This document shows, piece by piece, positions 26,821 to 36,638 of a stretch of 48,868 nt of DNA. Source of the DNA: a virus (taxonomy: Duplodnaviria; Heunggongvirae; Uroviricota; Caudoviricetes); the IMG/VR virus record IMGVR_UViG_2667527965_000003, positions 1 to 48,868 of that record; one strand, given 5' to 3'. The position numbers were made by a program, and so were the translations under genes. Below the pieces are notes generated by a model. That model searched no databases. It was not told where the DNA came from and saw nothing but the letters and a program-made list of their open reading frames with translations. Within the stretch, counting starts at the first letter, position 1; each line of letters opens with the position of its first letter.

Positions 26821-28272
26821 GTGAACGAAAGCGAAATGAAACAACAACGCGCCGCCAATGCCAGCGTCGAACGCACCCGGATGCGTAACCTGAATTCTCT
26901 GTTTAACGGCACCAGTAACACCAAACGCCAGCGCCTGTATCAGGAGTTTGGGTACCCGCAGGAGCTCTGCTTCGATGACTTCTACCGGGCGTATCGCCGC
27001 AATGCTATAGCTGGTGCCGCAGTGACGCGCATGGTTGACGGTTGCTGGGAAGATTACCCGGAAGTTTACGAAGGCGACCAGACGAAGGATGCCACCCGAC
27101 AGACAGCGTGGGATAAGCGCACCAACAAGCTGCTCAAGCGCTGCTGGAAACAGATTAAGGGCGCTGACAAGCGTAACCTGGTTGGCCGCTACTCTGCGCT
27201 GCTGATTCAAGTCAAGGACAGCAAGCCATGGTCTGAGCCCGTTGATAAGGCGATGGTCGGCAGGCTGCAGGAACGGGCCCTTGTCCGGTTGATTCCTGTA
27301 TGGGAGGCCCAGCTCGACCCGATCAGTTACGACGAGGACCAGAACAGCGAGAACTATGGCGCTGTCAGCATGTACTCGTTTACCGAGATTCCGGTGCAGC
27401 AGCAGCGCAGCGGTCAGCCCGGGCGAATCATCAACGTTCACCCCGATCGCGTCATCATCCTGGCTGAAGGCTCGGATGACGGACGGCTTGATTCCGGCGA
27501 GTCGCTGCTGGAAGAGGGCTTCAACAAACTGCTGGACCTCGAAAAGGTGTCTGGCGGTGCTGCTGAGGGGTTCCTGAAGAACGCCAGCCGGCAGCTCAAC
27601 TTCAACTTCAGCGCCAAGACAAGCTTTACGCAGCTCGCAAGGGCGCTGGGCGTAAGCGAGGCCCAACTCTCTGAGGGAATGGATGAACAGGTTCGCCGCC
27701 TGAATGACAGCACAGACAGCGCCGTCATCATGCAGGAGGGCGATACCAGCGTGCTTTCCGTGGCGGTTGCCGACCCGGAGCCAACCTGGCGGACTGCGCT
27801 CAATGAGTTCTGCGCCACCGTGCCGATCCCTGTGAAAGTGCTGGTGGGCATGCAGACCGGCGAACGGGCCAGCACGGAAGATGCGAAGGACTGGGCCAAA
27901 ACCCGGATGAGCCGACGCAATGGCTTCCTGACCGACGTGATCACTGAGGTGGTCACCCGCTTCTGGACACTTGGCTTTATCCCTCAAGCCAGGGGTGAGG
28001 AAGTCACCGTGGGATGGTCCGATCTACTGGCACCGAGCCAGGCAGAGAAGATAGCCAACATGGATAAGCTGGCTGATGTCGCCGTTAAATCCACGAACGC
28101 GTTTGGCCGCTCAGCCATCACCGAAAACGAGATACGCGCGGCAGGCGAGCTGCAAGCCCTGCCAGAACTTGATGACGAGGTGAAGCCAGATGGCAATAAG
28201 CCAAAGCCTGACCCACTGGCCGACCCAGAATCAGAAGCCGAAGAGTCCGGTAATACCACGGTCGAAGGTTGA
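26821..28272 (+). CDS. Portal protein
   Basis: 483 aa following terminase; GTG start with GGAGGA RBS; acidic C-terminal tail. Confidence 0.6.
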   Translation: MNESEMKQQRAANASVERTRMRNLNSLFNGTSNTKRQRLYQEFGYPQELCFDDFYRAYRRNAIAGAAVTRMVDGCWEDYPEVYEGDQTKDATRQTAWDKRTNKLLKRCWKQIKGADKRNLVGRYSALLIQVKDSKPWSEPVDKAMVGRLQERALVRLIPVWEAQLDPISYDEDQNSENYGAVSMYSFTEIPVQQQRSGQPGRIINVHPDRVIILAEGSDDGRLDSGESLLEEGFNKLLDLEKVSGGAAEGFLKNASRQLNFNFSAKTSFTQLARALGVSEAQLSEGMDEQVRRLNDSTDSAVIMQEGDTSVLSVAVADPEPTWRTALNEFCATVPIPVKVLVGMQTGERASTEDAKDWAKTRMSRRNGFLTDVITEVVTRFWTLGFIPQARGEEVTVGWSDLLAPSQAEKIANMDKLADVAVKSTNAFGRSAITENEIRAAGELQALPELDDEVKPDGNKPKPDPLADPESEAEESGNTTVEG

Positions 28273-28279
28273 CCCCACG

Positions 28280-29197
28280 ATGTCGCGCAAGCCAGTCAGC
28301 AGGATGGAGCGCGATATCGAGGACCGGTATTACGCGATTAAGTCAGCCCTGAAGGCCCTGTTCGACCAGCGTCTGACCGGGCGAGAGCGAGAGGTTAACA
28401 GCCACTGCTGGCACTTCCTGTGTCACGTCAACGGCGAGGATCAGAGGCTCTACCAGGTCAACGCCGGGAAGTTCATCTACGACATGACCCCGCAGGAGCT
28501 GGCAGAGCTGCTCGAGGCGGTGCAGGGCATTCTGGATGACTACCTGCTGGACGGCGGCGAGAACAACCAGTGGGCGATGGATTACGTCGTCGCTGAGACG
28601 CAGCGCGGTACGCTGGAGGCGTTTAATAACCTCTCGCAGCAGTCGCAGGTGTACGCCAGCCAGACGACGTTACAGCAGCTTTTAAGCAGTCCCGGTTATC
28701 AAAACCAGATCGCATCCGCCAGGCTGACAACGTTCAGTGACTGGAAGGCGATCAGCGATGCCGCCCGGGCAGACCTGACAGGCATCATCACCGACGCGGT
28801 GGCGCGCGGGGTTAACCCGAGGGAAACGGCCAGCGTCATCAGTAAGCGTCTTGATGTGAGCATGTCGAAGGCCAAGACCATCGCTCAGACTGAGCAGGTC
28901 GGCGCACTGCGACAGGCACAGTGGAACGAAACTGACTGGGCTGCTGACCGGCTGGGGCTGAATACCGGCCTTCTGTGGCTGTCAGCGCTCAAGCCGACAA
29001 CTCGCCTGTGGCATGCCAGCCGGCACGGCAAGGTCTACACCACCGAAGAGGTGCGAGACTTCTACGCTGAGAACGGCAACCGGTACAACTGCTACTGCAG
29101 CCAGATCCCGGTGCTGCTTAACGACGACGGCAGCATATTCAACGAAGGGCTGGCGGAAAAGCTTGCGAAAGAACGGAAGAACTGGAAAGAAACCTGA
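28280..29197 (+). CDS. Head morphogenesis protein (Mu F-like)
   Basis: ATG at 28280; follows portal as in Mu F/SPP1 gp7-type modules. Confidence 0.5.
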   Translation: MSRKPVSRMERDIEDRYYAIKSALKALFDQRLTGREREVNSHCWHFLCHVNGEDQRLYQVNAGKFIYDMTPQELAELLEAVQGILDDYLLDGGENNQWAMDYVVAETQRGTLEAFNNLSQQSQVYASQTTLQQLLSSPGYQNQIASARLTTFSDWKAISDAARADLTGIITDAVARGVNPRETASVISKRLDVSMSKAKTIAQTEQVGALRQAQWNETDWAADRLGLNTGLLWLSALKPTTRLWHASRHGKVYTTEEVRDFYAENGNRYNCYCSQIPVLLNDDGSIFNEGLAEKLAKERKNWKET

Positions 29198-29244
29198 CCA
29201 AGATGATATAAAAAATCTATCAAAATTAACGTGGTAGATTAGAT

Positions 29245-29760
29245 ATGAGCTCTGTTACGCCAAACGAAGTTGGTTCGTACGTTCTTTCCCTTATTGGGCC
29301 AATTATTATTGGTATTGCGGCGGCAGCATTCACTGCTTATTTCGCGTTACGCCGGTTCTACAGGGAAAAGTGGTGGGAAAAGAAGCATGCAGCCTATGGG
29401 CAACTGATCGATATCCTTATCGATATAAAGTCAATATATGCTATGGCCTCGAATTATCATCAGCGCATCTATGAGGCTGAGCGAAGGTTGGAAGACGTGC
29501 CAGATTACCATTTCGATTGGAGTCGGTTTAACGACCTCCAAAAACAACTAAGAAGGTCATTTATACTGGCTCCCATATCTCTCAGCAGTAACACAGAGAA
29601 TTTATTAGATGAATTATTTTCTTTGGATGCTAGTGCAAAGGAAATGATATATGAAGAGAACTATCCAGCGCAGGCTGCGTATGCAGACATGGCAAATGAT
29701 GTCGAAGGCATCATTAGATTAATAGTTGAAGATGCCAAAACAGAATTGAGCTTCCACTAA
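29245..29760 (+). CDS. Single-pass membrane protein of unknown function (low-GC moron)
   Basis: 171 aa; N-terminal TM helix (VLSLIGPIIIGIAAAAFTAYFAL) then soluble domain; AT-rich gene between head genes; own terminator. Confidence 0.45.
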   Translation: MSSVTPNEVGSYVLSLIGPIIIGIAAAAFTAYFALRRFYREKWWEKKHAAYGQLIDILIDIKSIYAMASNYHQRIYEAERRLEDVPDYHFDWSRFNDLQKQLRRSFILAPISLSSNTENLLDELFSLDASAKEMIYEENYPAQAAYADMANDVEGIIRLIVEDAKTELSFH

Positions 29761-29777
29761 ATAAAAATACCAATTGA

Positions 29778-29797
29778 CCCGCTTCGGCGGGTTTTTT
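29778..29797 (+). terminator. Rho-independent terminator
   Basis: CCCGC-TTCG-GCGGG hairpin plus TTTTTT; same hairpin motif recurs at 37618 and 44627. Confidence 0.65.
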
Positions 29798-29828
29798 ATT
29801 GCCTGAAATTCACCAATGAGGACGCAAC

Positions 29829-31214
29829 GTGAAGCTATCCAGCATCCACGTTAAATCCCTCGCCATCAACGCCTCCAACATCTCAACGACCACCATCAAC
29901 GGCCAGAAACACTACGTCATTCGTGGTGCGGTTCCGATCGTCGATGACATCGTGATGAATGGCGGCCTGTACCCGGCTGAGGAGATTAACAACAGCTACC
30001 AGACGATGGAAGGCAAGCTGATGCCGCTGCCGCACCCGATGGTAGATGGCAAGTATGTCAGCGCCAACGACCCGCGCGCCATCAACGCTTATCACGTTGG
30101 TGCCTGGGCGCAGAACGTCAGCAAATCCGGCGATCAGGTCGTCATGGACGTTTACATCAACCAGGCTGTTGCTGAGACGAAACCTGATGGCAAGCGCCTG
30201 ATTAACCGCCTCGACGAGATGATGGCCGGCACTAATACCGACCCGATTCACCTCTCAACCGGCCTTCTCACCAACAAAGAGAAGAAGTCGGGCGAGTCGA
30301 AGGAGAAGAAGTACACCTGGATCGCCCGCAACATGCAGTTCGACCACATCGCGATCCTGCTCGACGAGCCCGGTGCCGGGACGCCGGAAGAGGGCGTTGG
30401 CATGTTCGTGAACGCTGACGGGCAGGAAGGTGAAGTTGAAACCGCCAGCCTCATCGACGCGGCGAACAGCCTTAAAGACGGACTGCTGAATAAGGTGAAG
30501 TTCTTCCTCACCCACAACTCCGACGCCTCATTCGACGAAATCTACCAGATGCTGCGCGAGGCTATCCGCGCACCGTCCGGCAGTGACGTTTATCGCTATG
30601 TGGTGACCGTCTGGCCGGACAAATTCATCTACGAAGAGGGTTCGAAACTCTTCCAGCAGAAATACCTCATCGATGATAACGCGGTAACGCTGGTCGGTGA
30701 GCCCATCGAAGTCGTGCGCAAACCCACTGAGTACGAGATTAAAACCAACGGAGAGAACGATCCGATGAAAGAACTGATTATCAATGCGCTGCAAGCCGCT
30801 GGTAAGCCGACCGAAGGCAAGTCCGACGCCGAGCTGATGGACGCATACAACCAGCTGGCAGCAGAGAAGGCGGCCGCCAAAACCGAAACGCCTGAAGAGA
30901 AGGCGGCTCGCGAAAAGGCTGAGAAAGAAGAGCGTGAGCGCGCAAATAACCAGGCGGAAGCCCCAGCATGGTTTAAGCCATTCGCCGACGATCTCGCCGC
31001 GGTTAAATCTGGCCTGACCGTTAACGCCGACAAAGAGAAGTCAGAGCAGCGCGCTGCGGTGAAAGCCAAGTTCGGCATGACCGATGTCGCGGTGAATGCG
31101 CTGGACGGCGAGCCGCTGAAAGAGCTGTTTGCTCAGTGCCAGACCTCAACCGGCCTGAATGGTGCATTCCGCCAGGCTACCAATAACCAGTCAGTCAGCG
31201 AAATGCCGGAGTAA
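29829..31214 (+). CDS. Putative scaffolding / prohead core protein
   Basis: 461 aa; GTG start; long Ala/Lys/Glu-rich C-terminal coiled-coil-like region; position before capsid genes. Confidence 0.45.
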   Translation: MKLSSIHVKSLAINASNISTTTINGQKHYVIRGAVPIVDDIVMNGGLYPAEEINNSYQTMEGKLMPLPHPMVDGKYVSANDPRAINAYHVGAWAQNVSKSGDQVVMDVYINQAVAETKPDGKRLINRLDEMMAGTNTDPIHLSTGLLTNKEKKSGESKEKKYTWIARNMQFDHIAILLDEPGAGTPEEGVGMFVNADGQEGEVETASLIDAANSLKDGLLNKVKFFLTHNSDASFDEIYQMLREAIRAPSGSDVYRYVVTVWPDKFIYEEGSKLFQQKYLIDDNAVTLVGEPIEVVRKPTEYEIKTNGENDPMKELIINALQAAGKPTEGKSDAELMDAYNQLAAEKAAAKTETPEEKAAREKAEKEERERANNQAEAPAWFKPFADDLAAVKSGLTVNADKEKSEQRAAVKAKFGMTDVAVNALDGEPLKELFAQCQTSTGLNGAFRQATNNQSVSEMPE

Positions 31215-31217
31215 AAA

Positions 31218-31649
31218 ATGGCTAAAGACGGAAAACACGTAATCCACGCCGGTGGCGTATTCCCTAACCCGCTTCTCAATCGTGAAGGTGCGGCAGCGGC
31301 AGCAACTAAGCCAGGTACCGTTGGTTTCTTCTCTGCCGGTAAATTTACGGCATCAGTAGATGGTGATGAAGAAGCGATTCTTTACGTCGCTGACTTCGAC
31401 TATCTGCGCTGCCAGACGGTTGATGACTCCATCCCAATCAACGAGCTGGTGGTTGCCATCCACCCGATGCAGGGCATGTTCCTGAACGTGCGCGCCGCTG
31501 CCGGCACGTACAAAAAAGGCCAGCCGTTATCCATCGCAAACGGCCAGGTAAAAGCCCACGCTTCTGGCGAGTCCATCCGCGCATATGTCGAAGAAGACAC
31601 GGCGTACACCGTTGCTGCAGGCGATCTGCTGCGCGTCGTTATCAAGTAA
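31218..31649 (+). CDS. Putative head decoration / structural protein
   Basis: 143-aa ORF between scaffold and major capsid genes. Confidence 0.4.
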   Translation: MAKDGKHVIHAGGVFPNPLLNREGAAAAATKPGTVGFFSAGKFTASVDGDEEAILYVADFDYLRCQTVDDSIPINELVVAIHPMQGMFLNVRAAAGTYKKGQPLSIANGQVKAHASGESIRAYVEEDTAYTVAAGDLLRVVIK

Positions 31650-31660
31650 GGAGCACCTGA

Positions 31661-32743
31661 ATGCTTGTATTTTCCCGCTCTATCGGTGAACGCACCGGTA
31701 ACCTCGAAGTCAACCAGGCTCAGTTCCGCGAGCTGGAGATGGCGCGCAACATGAGTGCGCAGTCCGTCGCTGACTTCATTGCCCGTGCCCGCTTCGGTGA
31801 AAACGGACATCTGGACGCAGTGAACGCGGTGGACGACATCCGCCGCATGTACCGCGCGTACGATCAGACCGTTCTGGCGCAGTTCGAACCCAATACCGAG
31901 TTCACTCTGCTCAACGACCTGATGCCGCTGTCCCGCTCAGTTCGCCTGGAAGATTCCGTGTATGAATATGCGCGTACCGGTGGTCGTGGCTGGGCGCACA
32001 CCTCAATGTCCGGCCAGATTGGTGCGGCGCTGGATGCTCGCGCGTACAGCTTTGACGGGACGATGGTGCCGGTGCACGACAGCGGCTTCAAGTTCCACTG
32101 GCGTGACCCGATCTTCAACAAAGGATCTGCACTGGCCTCCCTGTCTGACGCTCAGCGTGGCTCTGTTGATGATGTGCGTCGCAAAATCGTCGACTACATG
32201 TTCAACGGTTTCCGCGACTCAGAAGGTAACTTCGTTACATTCGACGGCAAGACCTGGAAAGGGCTGAAGAATGACGACCGCGTAGCTCAGGTTGACCTCG
32301 GCGCTTCCGGCCTGAACATCAACTTCGCCACCAGTACTGATCCCGAAGCGATGCGTAACGGAGCTATCAAGCTGCGCGATACGCTGAAACTTCAGAACAA
32401 CCAGTACGGCCAGCAGACCTGGTACGTTTCCAGCGAAATCATGTCCAACTGGGAGCAGTACTACGACACGCAGAACAAGACCCGCACGGTGCTGGAAGAG
32501 ATCCTGAAACTGTCTGGTATTTCCGCGGTGAAAGAGGATGCCGAGCTGACCGGAAACCAGATCCTGATTGTTCCGCTGGCGGCGGGTGTTATCGCACCAG
32601 TTGTTGGTCAGGCCGTTGGAACAGTCGCAGATCCACGCCCGTTCTATAACAGCGACTATGTATGGCGTACTTGGGGTGCTGCTGGCCTGATGGTCAAGCA
32701 GGACATCAATCTTAAACACGGCGTTCTGTACGCTCACGGTTAA
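31661..32743 (+). CDS. Major capsid protein
   Basis: 360 aa; AAGGAG RBS; position and size typical of major capsid protein. Confidence 0.6.
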   Translation: MLVFSRSIGERTGNLEVNQAQFRELEMARNMSAQSVADFIARARFGENGHLDAVNAVDDIRRMYRAYDQTVLAQFEPNTEFTLLNDLMPLSRSVRLEDSVYEYARTGGRGWAHTSMSGQIGAALDARAYSFDGTMVPVHDSGFKFHWRDPIFNKGSALASLSDAQRGSVDDVRRKIVDYMFNGFRDSEGNFVTFDGKTWKGLKNDDRVAQVDLGASGLNINFATSTDPEAMRNGAIKLRDTLKLQNNQYGQQTWYVSSEIMSNWEQYYDTQNKTRTVLEEILKLSGISAVKEDAELTGNQILIVPLAAGVIAPVVGQAVGTVADPRPFYNSDYVWRTWGAAGLMVKQDINLKHGVLYAHG

Positions 32744-32752
32744 GGGGGCCTT

Positions 32753-33133
32753 ATGGCACTGGTAGAAATCACAGCAGGTAACGTCTTCGCCGGTGCCAAC
32801 CTCCGCAAACTGGAGGTTGGTGCGGTAGTTGAAGTTGACGATGCGACGGCGGCGCGCTGGAAAGCATCTGGCAAGGCAAAAGACACCGACAAGAAGAAGG
32901 GTGAGAAGCTCTTTGACGAGTCATCCACGGTGGCCTCGCCGCAATCAGGCGATTTGCAGGAACAGCTCGCGGCGGTGACCAAGTCACGCGATGAGGCGAT
33001 GGAGCAGGTATCACAGTTCACCGAGCTGGCGGCGAAAGAGAAGGCAGCTTTCGATGCGCAGCTCGCGGCGGTGACCAAACGCGCTGAAGATGCAGAGGCC
33101 GCACTGGCAGAAGCAATCAAGAAGGCGAAATAA
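32753..33133 (+). CDS. Hypothetical head-associated protein with internal repeat
   Basis: 126 aa; repeated LQEQLAAVTKSRDEA / FDAQLAAVTKRAEDA segments. Confidence 0.4.
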   Translation: MALVEITAGNVFAGANLRKLEVGAVVEVDDATAARWKASGKAKDTDKKKGEKLFDESSTVASPQSGDLQEQLAAVTKSRDEAMEQVSQFTELAAKEKAAFDAQLAAVTKRAEDAEAALAEAIKKAK

Positions 33134-33135
33134 CC

Positions 33136-33516
33136 ATGGCTGACCCAATCACGGCGGCAGACGTGCAGGCGTTCCTCGGTGAATTGGGTTACTCCATCCC
33201 GGGAGCGCTGCTGGAGCCGATCCTCTGCGTGGTGAACAAAATCATCCCGTGTCTCGATGGGGCCGGGTATGACGACTGCACCGCAAAGCTGATCCTGATG
33301 TACGCGGCCGCGCTGATGGCGACGTCCTCCGGCGCGCGACGAATCAAATCGCAGGGTGCGCCGTCTGGCGCGTCACGCTCGTTTGAGTATGGCGACGACA
33401 GTATCACCTGGCTGCGCGACTCACTGGGTCGCCTCGATACCAGTGGCTGTACCGGGGAACTGCCTATCAGCGCCGGTAACAGCGTAGGCATGTTCATGGT
33501 TGTCGGGGGCTGCTGA
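33136..33516 (+). CDS. Putative head-tail connector protein
   Basis: 126-aa ORF in head-tail joining region. Confidence 0.4.
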   Translation: MADPITAADVQAFLGELGYSIPGALLEPILCVVNKIIPCLDGAGYDDCTAKLILMYAAALMATSSGARRIKSQGAPSGASRSFEYGDDSITWLRDSLGRLDTSGCTGELPISAGNSVGMFMVVGGC

Positions 33517-33689
33517 TGACCTGGACACCCGTAAGCGTCCGGCTGCCGCGCTCATTCACCCGCGTCTGGGTGCTGACCGACACCGGGCGGGAGACCACCG
33601 GCTACGTCAAATCGGACGGCGAGTGGTTCATTAACTGCCCGCGTATCCGGGCTACTGGCGCGGTGGTGCTGCGCTGGAAGGAGGACTGA
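33516..33689 (+). CDS. DUF551-like small protein (57 aa), absent from the ORF track
   Basis: ATG at 33516 overlapping upstream stop, stop overlapping next ATG; translated MTWTPVSVRLPRSFTRVWVLTDTGRETTGYVKSDGEWF...; W..VS..LP pattern resembles DUF551. Confidence 0.45.
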   Translation: MTWTPVSVRLPRSFTRVWVLTDTGRETTGYVKSDGEWFINCPRIRATGAVVLRWKED

Positions 33690-34045
33690 TGTCATCAGCT
33701 GCAAACTGGTCCTACACCGCCAAAGCCACTATCTGGCGCAAGGGTGCTGGCGGCAGGGATGAAAACGGTGACCCCATAAACGGCTACGCCGCTCCGGTAG
33801 TTATCATGGTCGATTATGAGGGCGGGCTGTCAAAGCGCATCGGCAACCTGGGCGCTGAAATTGTCGTGAAAAATACCGTCTGGACGGAGTACGCGCTGGC
33901 CGACGCTGGTGATTACCTGCTGATTGGCGTATCGACTGAAGCCGACCCGGTTGCCGCTGGCGCTGACGAGGTTCGGCAGGTCATCCGCTACGCCGACACG
34001 TTCGAGCGTGTAGCGGACGATTATGCAATTTTGACTGGAGTCTGA
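33689..34045 (+). CDS. Hypothetical structural protein
   Basis: 118-aa ORF in head-tail joining cluster. Confidence 0.4.
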   Translation: MSSAANWSYTAKATIWRKGAGGRDENGDPINGYAAPVVIMVDYEGGLSKRIGNLGAEIVVKNTVWTEYALADAGDYLLIGVSTEADPVAAGADEVRQVIRYADTFERVADDYAILTGV

Positions 34046-34046
34046 T

Positions 34047-34415
34047 ATGGCCGGGAAAGTGAGAGGCATCAATCAGGCGAAAGCCAACCTCGACAAGCTC
34101 ATTAGTGACGTGCAGGGCCGCAAGGTTGTCCGGGCCATCCAGTCAGCGCTAATCATCGGTAGCTCCCAAGCAGCGCTTTATACGCCTATCGACACTTCCA
34201 CGCTGCTGAATAGCCAGTTTCGTGAGATGGACGCCAACGGTACGAGGGTTACTGGAAGAGTGGGTTACTCGGCTAATTACGCGGTGTACGTGCATGATCC
34301 AAGCGTGCCGCAGACTTTCCGTCGGTCGACTGCACGAAAAGAGTTCCTGACTAAAGGTTTTGAGGATATGCGCAGTCAGATCGATGCGGTGATTAAGAAG
34401 GAGTTATCCCTGTGA
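34047..34415 (+). CDS. HK97 gp10-like protein
   Basis: 122 aa; segment SSQAALYTPIDTSTLLNS resembles the gp10-family pattern. Confidence 0.5.
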   Translation: MAGKVRGINQAKANLDKLISDVQGRKVVRAIQSALIIGSSQAALYTPIDTSTLLNSQFREMDANGTRVTGRVGYSANYAVYVHDPSVPQTFRRSTARKEFLTKGFEDMRSQIDAVIKKELSL

Positions 34416-34801
34416 CCCCTCCGATGTATAAGCGTTTTCGCAACGTTATCGTTGATGCCGGACTTACTACAGGCTACATCGTTCAGTCTCTTTTGTGGTC
34501 TGATTCCGGGAAACTTGCCGATCGGTTCATTGTGTTCCGCCCAAATGGAGGGACGGCGATAGACCGCGACATGGCGGCTGATTATTACGTCCTTGTTGAC
34601 CTTATCACGGGTAAGTCTCTTGGCGACAAATCAAAAGCTGAGGATGACGTTCAGGCCATCATCGACTATGTGAAAGCCAACCCGATGACAAATCGCTGCC
34701 TTGGGCAAATCTCAAATATGGGCGGCATACCATCTCCTGTAATGACTACCGAAGGGCGCATGGTGTGGCGCCTGCAATTTTCCTGTCTGTTTGGCGGATA
34801 G
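34412..34801 (+). CDS. Putative tail terminator / tail completion protein
   Basis: 129-aa ORF immediately upstream of major tail gene. Confidence 0.4.
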   Translation: MTPPMYKRFRNVIVDAGLTTGYIVQSLLWSDSGKLADRFIVFRPNGGTAIDRDMAADYYVLVDLITGKSLGDKSKAEDDVQAIIDYVKANPMTNRCLGQISNMGGIPSPVMTTEGRMVWRLQFSCLFGG

Positions 34802-34870
34802 CTCAAAATCAACATCACACAAGGTCGCCCGGAGCGGCCTTTTTTATTATCAGAAGTGAGGTAAGCAACG

Positions 34871-35623
34871 ATGCAAGGCTGCTCCAATAACGAACAATTC
34901 ATTGGTCGCGCGAAGACGCTGGAACTGGCGTACGGATGCGCTGACGTGGTACCAGAGGAAGGTGACTGGAAGCTGATGGGCCTTCCAACTTCGGCTACGT
35001 GGGATTTAAGTCCTGAGGCACTTACGTCTGATGCCGATAATGGCGGTTTCAGTTCAAACCTGATCTCCAGCCTCGATCCAACCTATTCGATTGAAGGAGA
35101 GGTGCGTGTTAAGGACCGCACCGACGAATTCGGTGTTCAGCAGTTCGTGAAGTATATCGTTGATGAGGTTCGGGCCCGCCGTCAACCTGGCGTGTGGATG
35201 CGTTTCCATTGGGGCGATTATTATCACATAGGCTACATGGTGCCGTCTGGTGCCAGTGATGGTGGCGGCGTAAAGGAAATTGTCACCTATAGCTTTGAGT
35301 TCAAGCTGGCAGATGGTTCTACTTTCCAGATCACCGAAGCTGACGGCGATATCGCGGTAACAGGCGTGACGGTTACGCCAACCAGCAGTTCTATTGCGGC
35401 CGGTTCAAGCACGACGTTCACCGTGAACATTGCGCCTGTAGATGCTGACAATAAAGTGTTTACTGTCTCGTCATCCGTACCAGCTCGCGCTACGGTGGCT
35501 TTCTCAGGTAATACCGTAACCGTATCTGCCCCTTCCGGGGCCACGGCGGGAACCGCGGTGATTACTGTCACCACTGATGATGGCGCATTCACGGCAACCC
35601 ACACCGTAACTGTCACTGTGTAA
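34871..35623 (+). CDS. Major tail protein with C-terminal Ig-like domain
   Basis: 250 aa; Thr/Val-rich C-terminus (TVTPTSSSIAAGSSTTFTVN...VTVTV) typical of Ig-like tail tube decorations. Confidence 0.6.
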   Translation: MQGCSNNEQFIGRAKTLELAYGCADVVPEEGDWKLMGLPTSATWDLSPEALTSDADNGGFSSNLISSLDPTYSIEGEVRVKDRTDEFGVQQFVKYIVDEVRARRQPGVWMRFHWGDYYHIGYMVPSGASDGGGVKEIVTYSFEFKLADGSTFQITEADGDIAVTGVTVTPTSSSIAAGSSTTFTVNIAPVDADNKVFTVSSSVPARATVAFSGNTVTVSAPSGATAGTAVITVTTDDGAFTATHTVTVTV

Positions 35624-35672
35624 GCAAAACAAAGGGCAGCGATCTGCCCTTGATTTTGCTTATGGGGGAAAG

Positions 35673-36362
35673 ATGACACCAGTTAAAGAGTTTGGAGAAT
35701 GCCTTATTAGTGTCGGTGATAAGGACTACTTTTTCCGTCCGTCACTATTCGCGATGTCCAGAATTGGCGATCCTGTAAACATCGTTCAGACGTTTTACGA
35801 CCTCTGCAATGATGAAGTGGCTACTGTCATCCAGAAGGCTGCTGCATCCTACATTCATTCAGAATATGACCGTCTTCCTGAATATGTAATCAACTACATA
35901 CGGAGCGGGATACTGAGCCGCAAGGCTATCATGGCTGCGCATACAGTGCTGTCTGCGTGCTGCGATGATGACACAGGAAACCTTATTGGCTGGATGCAGC
36001 CAGGAAAAAGCCGGAAGCGTAGCTTTATGTGGCGGCAAGGTGTCATGCCGCCGCAGGATATGGTCATTATTGCTCAAAGTCTCATGATGCACGGCATTAT
36101 CGGCCAAGCTAAGTTACGCAAGCTGCAGCGGCACGAACCGAACGAGCCCACCAATGAGTTCAGGGCATTGGATTACATTATTGCCGCACGCAACCACTTC
36201 AACATCAGCAAAGAAGAAGCTGGACAGCTGACGATGACAGAGTTCCAGATGATGCTTGCCGTGAAATATCCTGAACAGAAGGGATATACCAGGGAAGAAT
36301 ACGATAGTGCGGCAGATGACTACTTTGCGCGACGCAAACGGCGGCAGGCTAAGCAGAAGTAG
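35673..36362 (+). CDS. Putative tail assembly chaperone
   Basis: 229 aa between major tail and tape measure genes; basic C-terminus; positional call. Confidence 0.4.
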   Translation: MTPVKEFGECLISVGDKDYFFRPSLFAMSRIGDPVNIVQTFYDLCNDEVATVIQKAAASYIHSEYDRLPEYVINYIRSGILSRKAIMAAHTVLSACCDDDTGNLIGWMQPGKSRKRSFMWRQGVMPPQDMVIIAQSLMMHGIIGQAKLRKLQRHEPNEPTNEFRALDYIIAARNHFNISKEEAGQLTMTEFQMMLAVKYPEQKGYTREEYDSAADDYFARRKRRQAKQK

Positions 36363-36406
36363 CCCACTCAGGTGGGCTTTAGATCTGTTATCTCGGGGAG
36401 AGGGCG

Positions 36407-36601
36407 GTGAAACCTAAGCAAACATTAACCATTAACAATTTGATACCATTCCCAAGCGAAGCGCCGAGAGAAGAGACCATAGAGTGTAATGATGTTTTTC
36501 TTGATAATTCAATGCTAGAGGAAAAAATTTCTACTCGAATAGGTTTTAGTAGATTGATTTTTGTTAATGAAATCAACTCGATCAATTCCATCTCGGAGTG
36601 A
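36407..36601 (+). CDS. Hypothetical small protein (moron cluster)
   Basis: 64-aa ORF with GTG start in AT-rich region; weak. Confidence 0.25.
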   Translation: MKPKQTLTINNLIPFPSEAPREETIECNDVFLDNSMLEEKISTRIGFSRLIFVNEINSINSISE

Positions 36602-36638
36602 ATTATCATATGCGCATACCTTTCAATAGGATGCGAAA

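Noticed and set aside
26686-27987. 433-aa and 172-aa minus-strand ORFs overlapping the terminase and portal genes
   Set aside because: Antisense to strongly supported packaging genes; low-complexity Ala/Arg/Ser-rich translations typical of out-of-frame GC-rich sequence.
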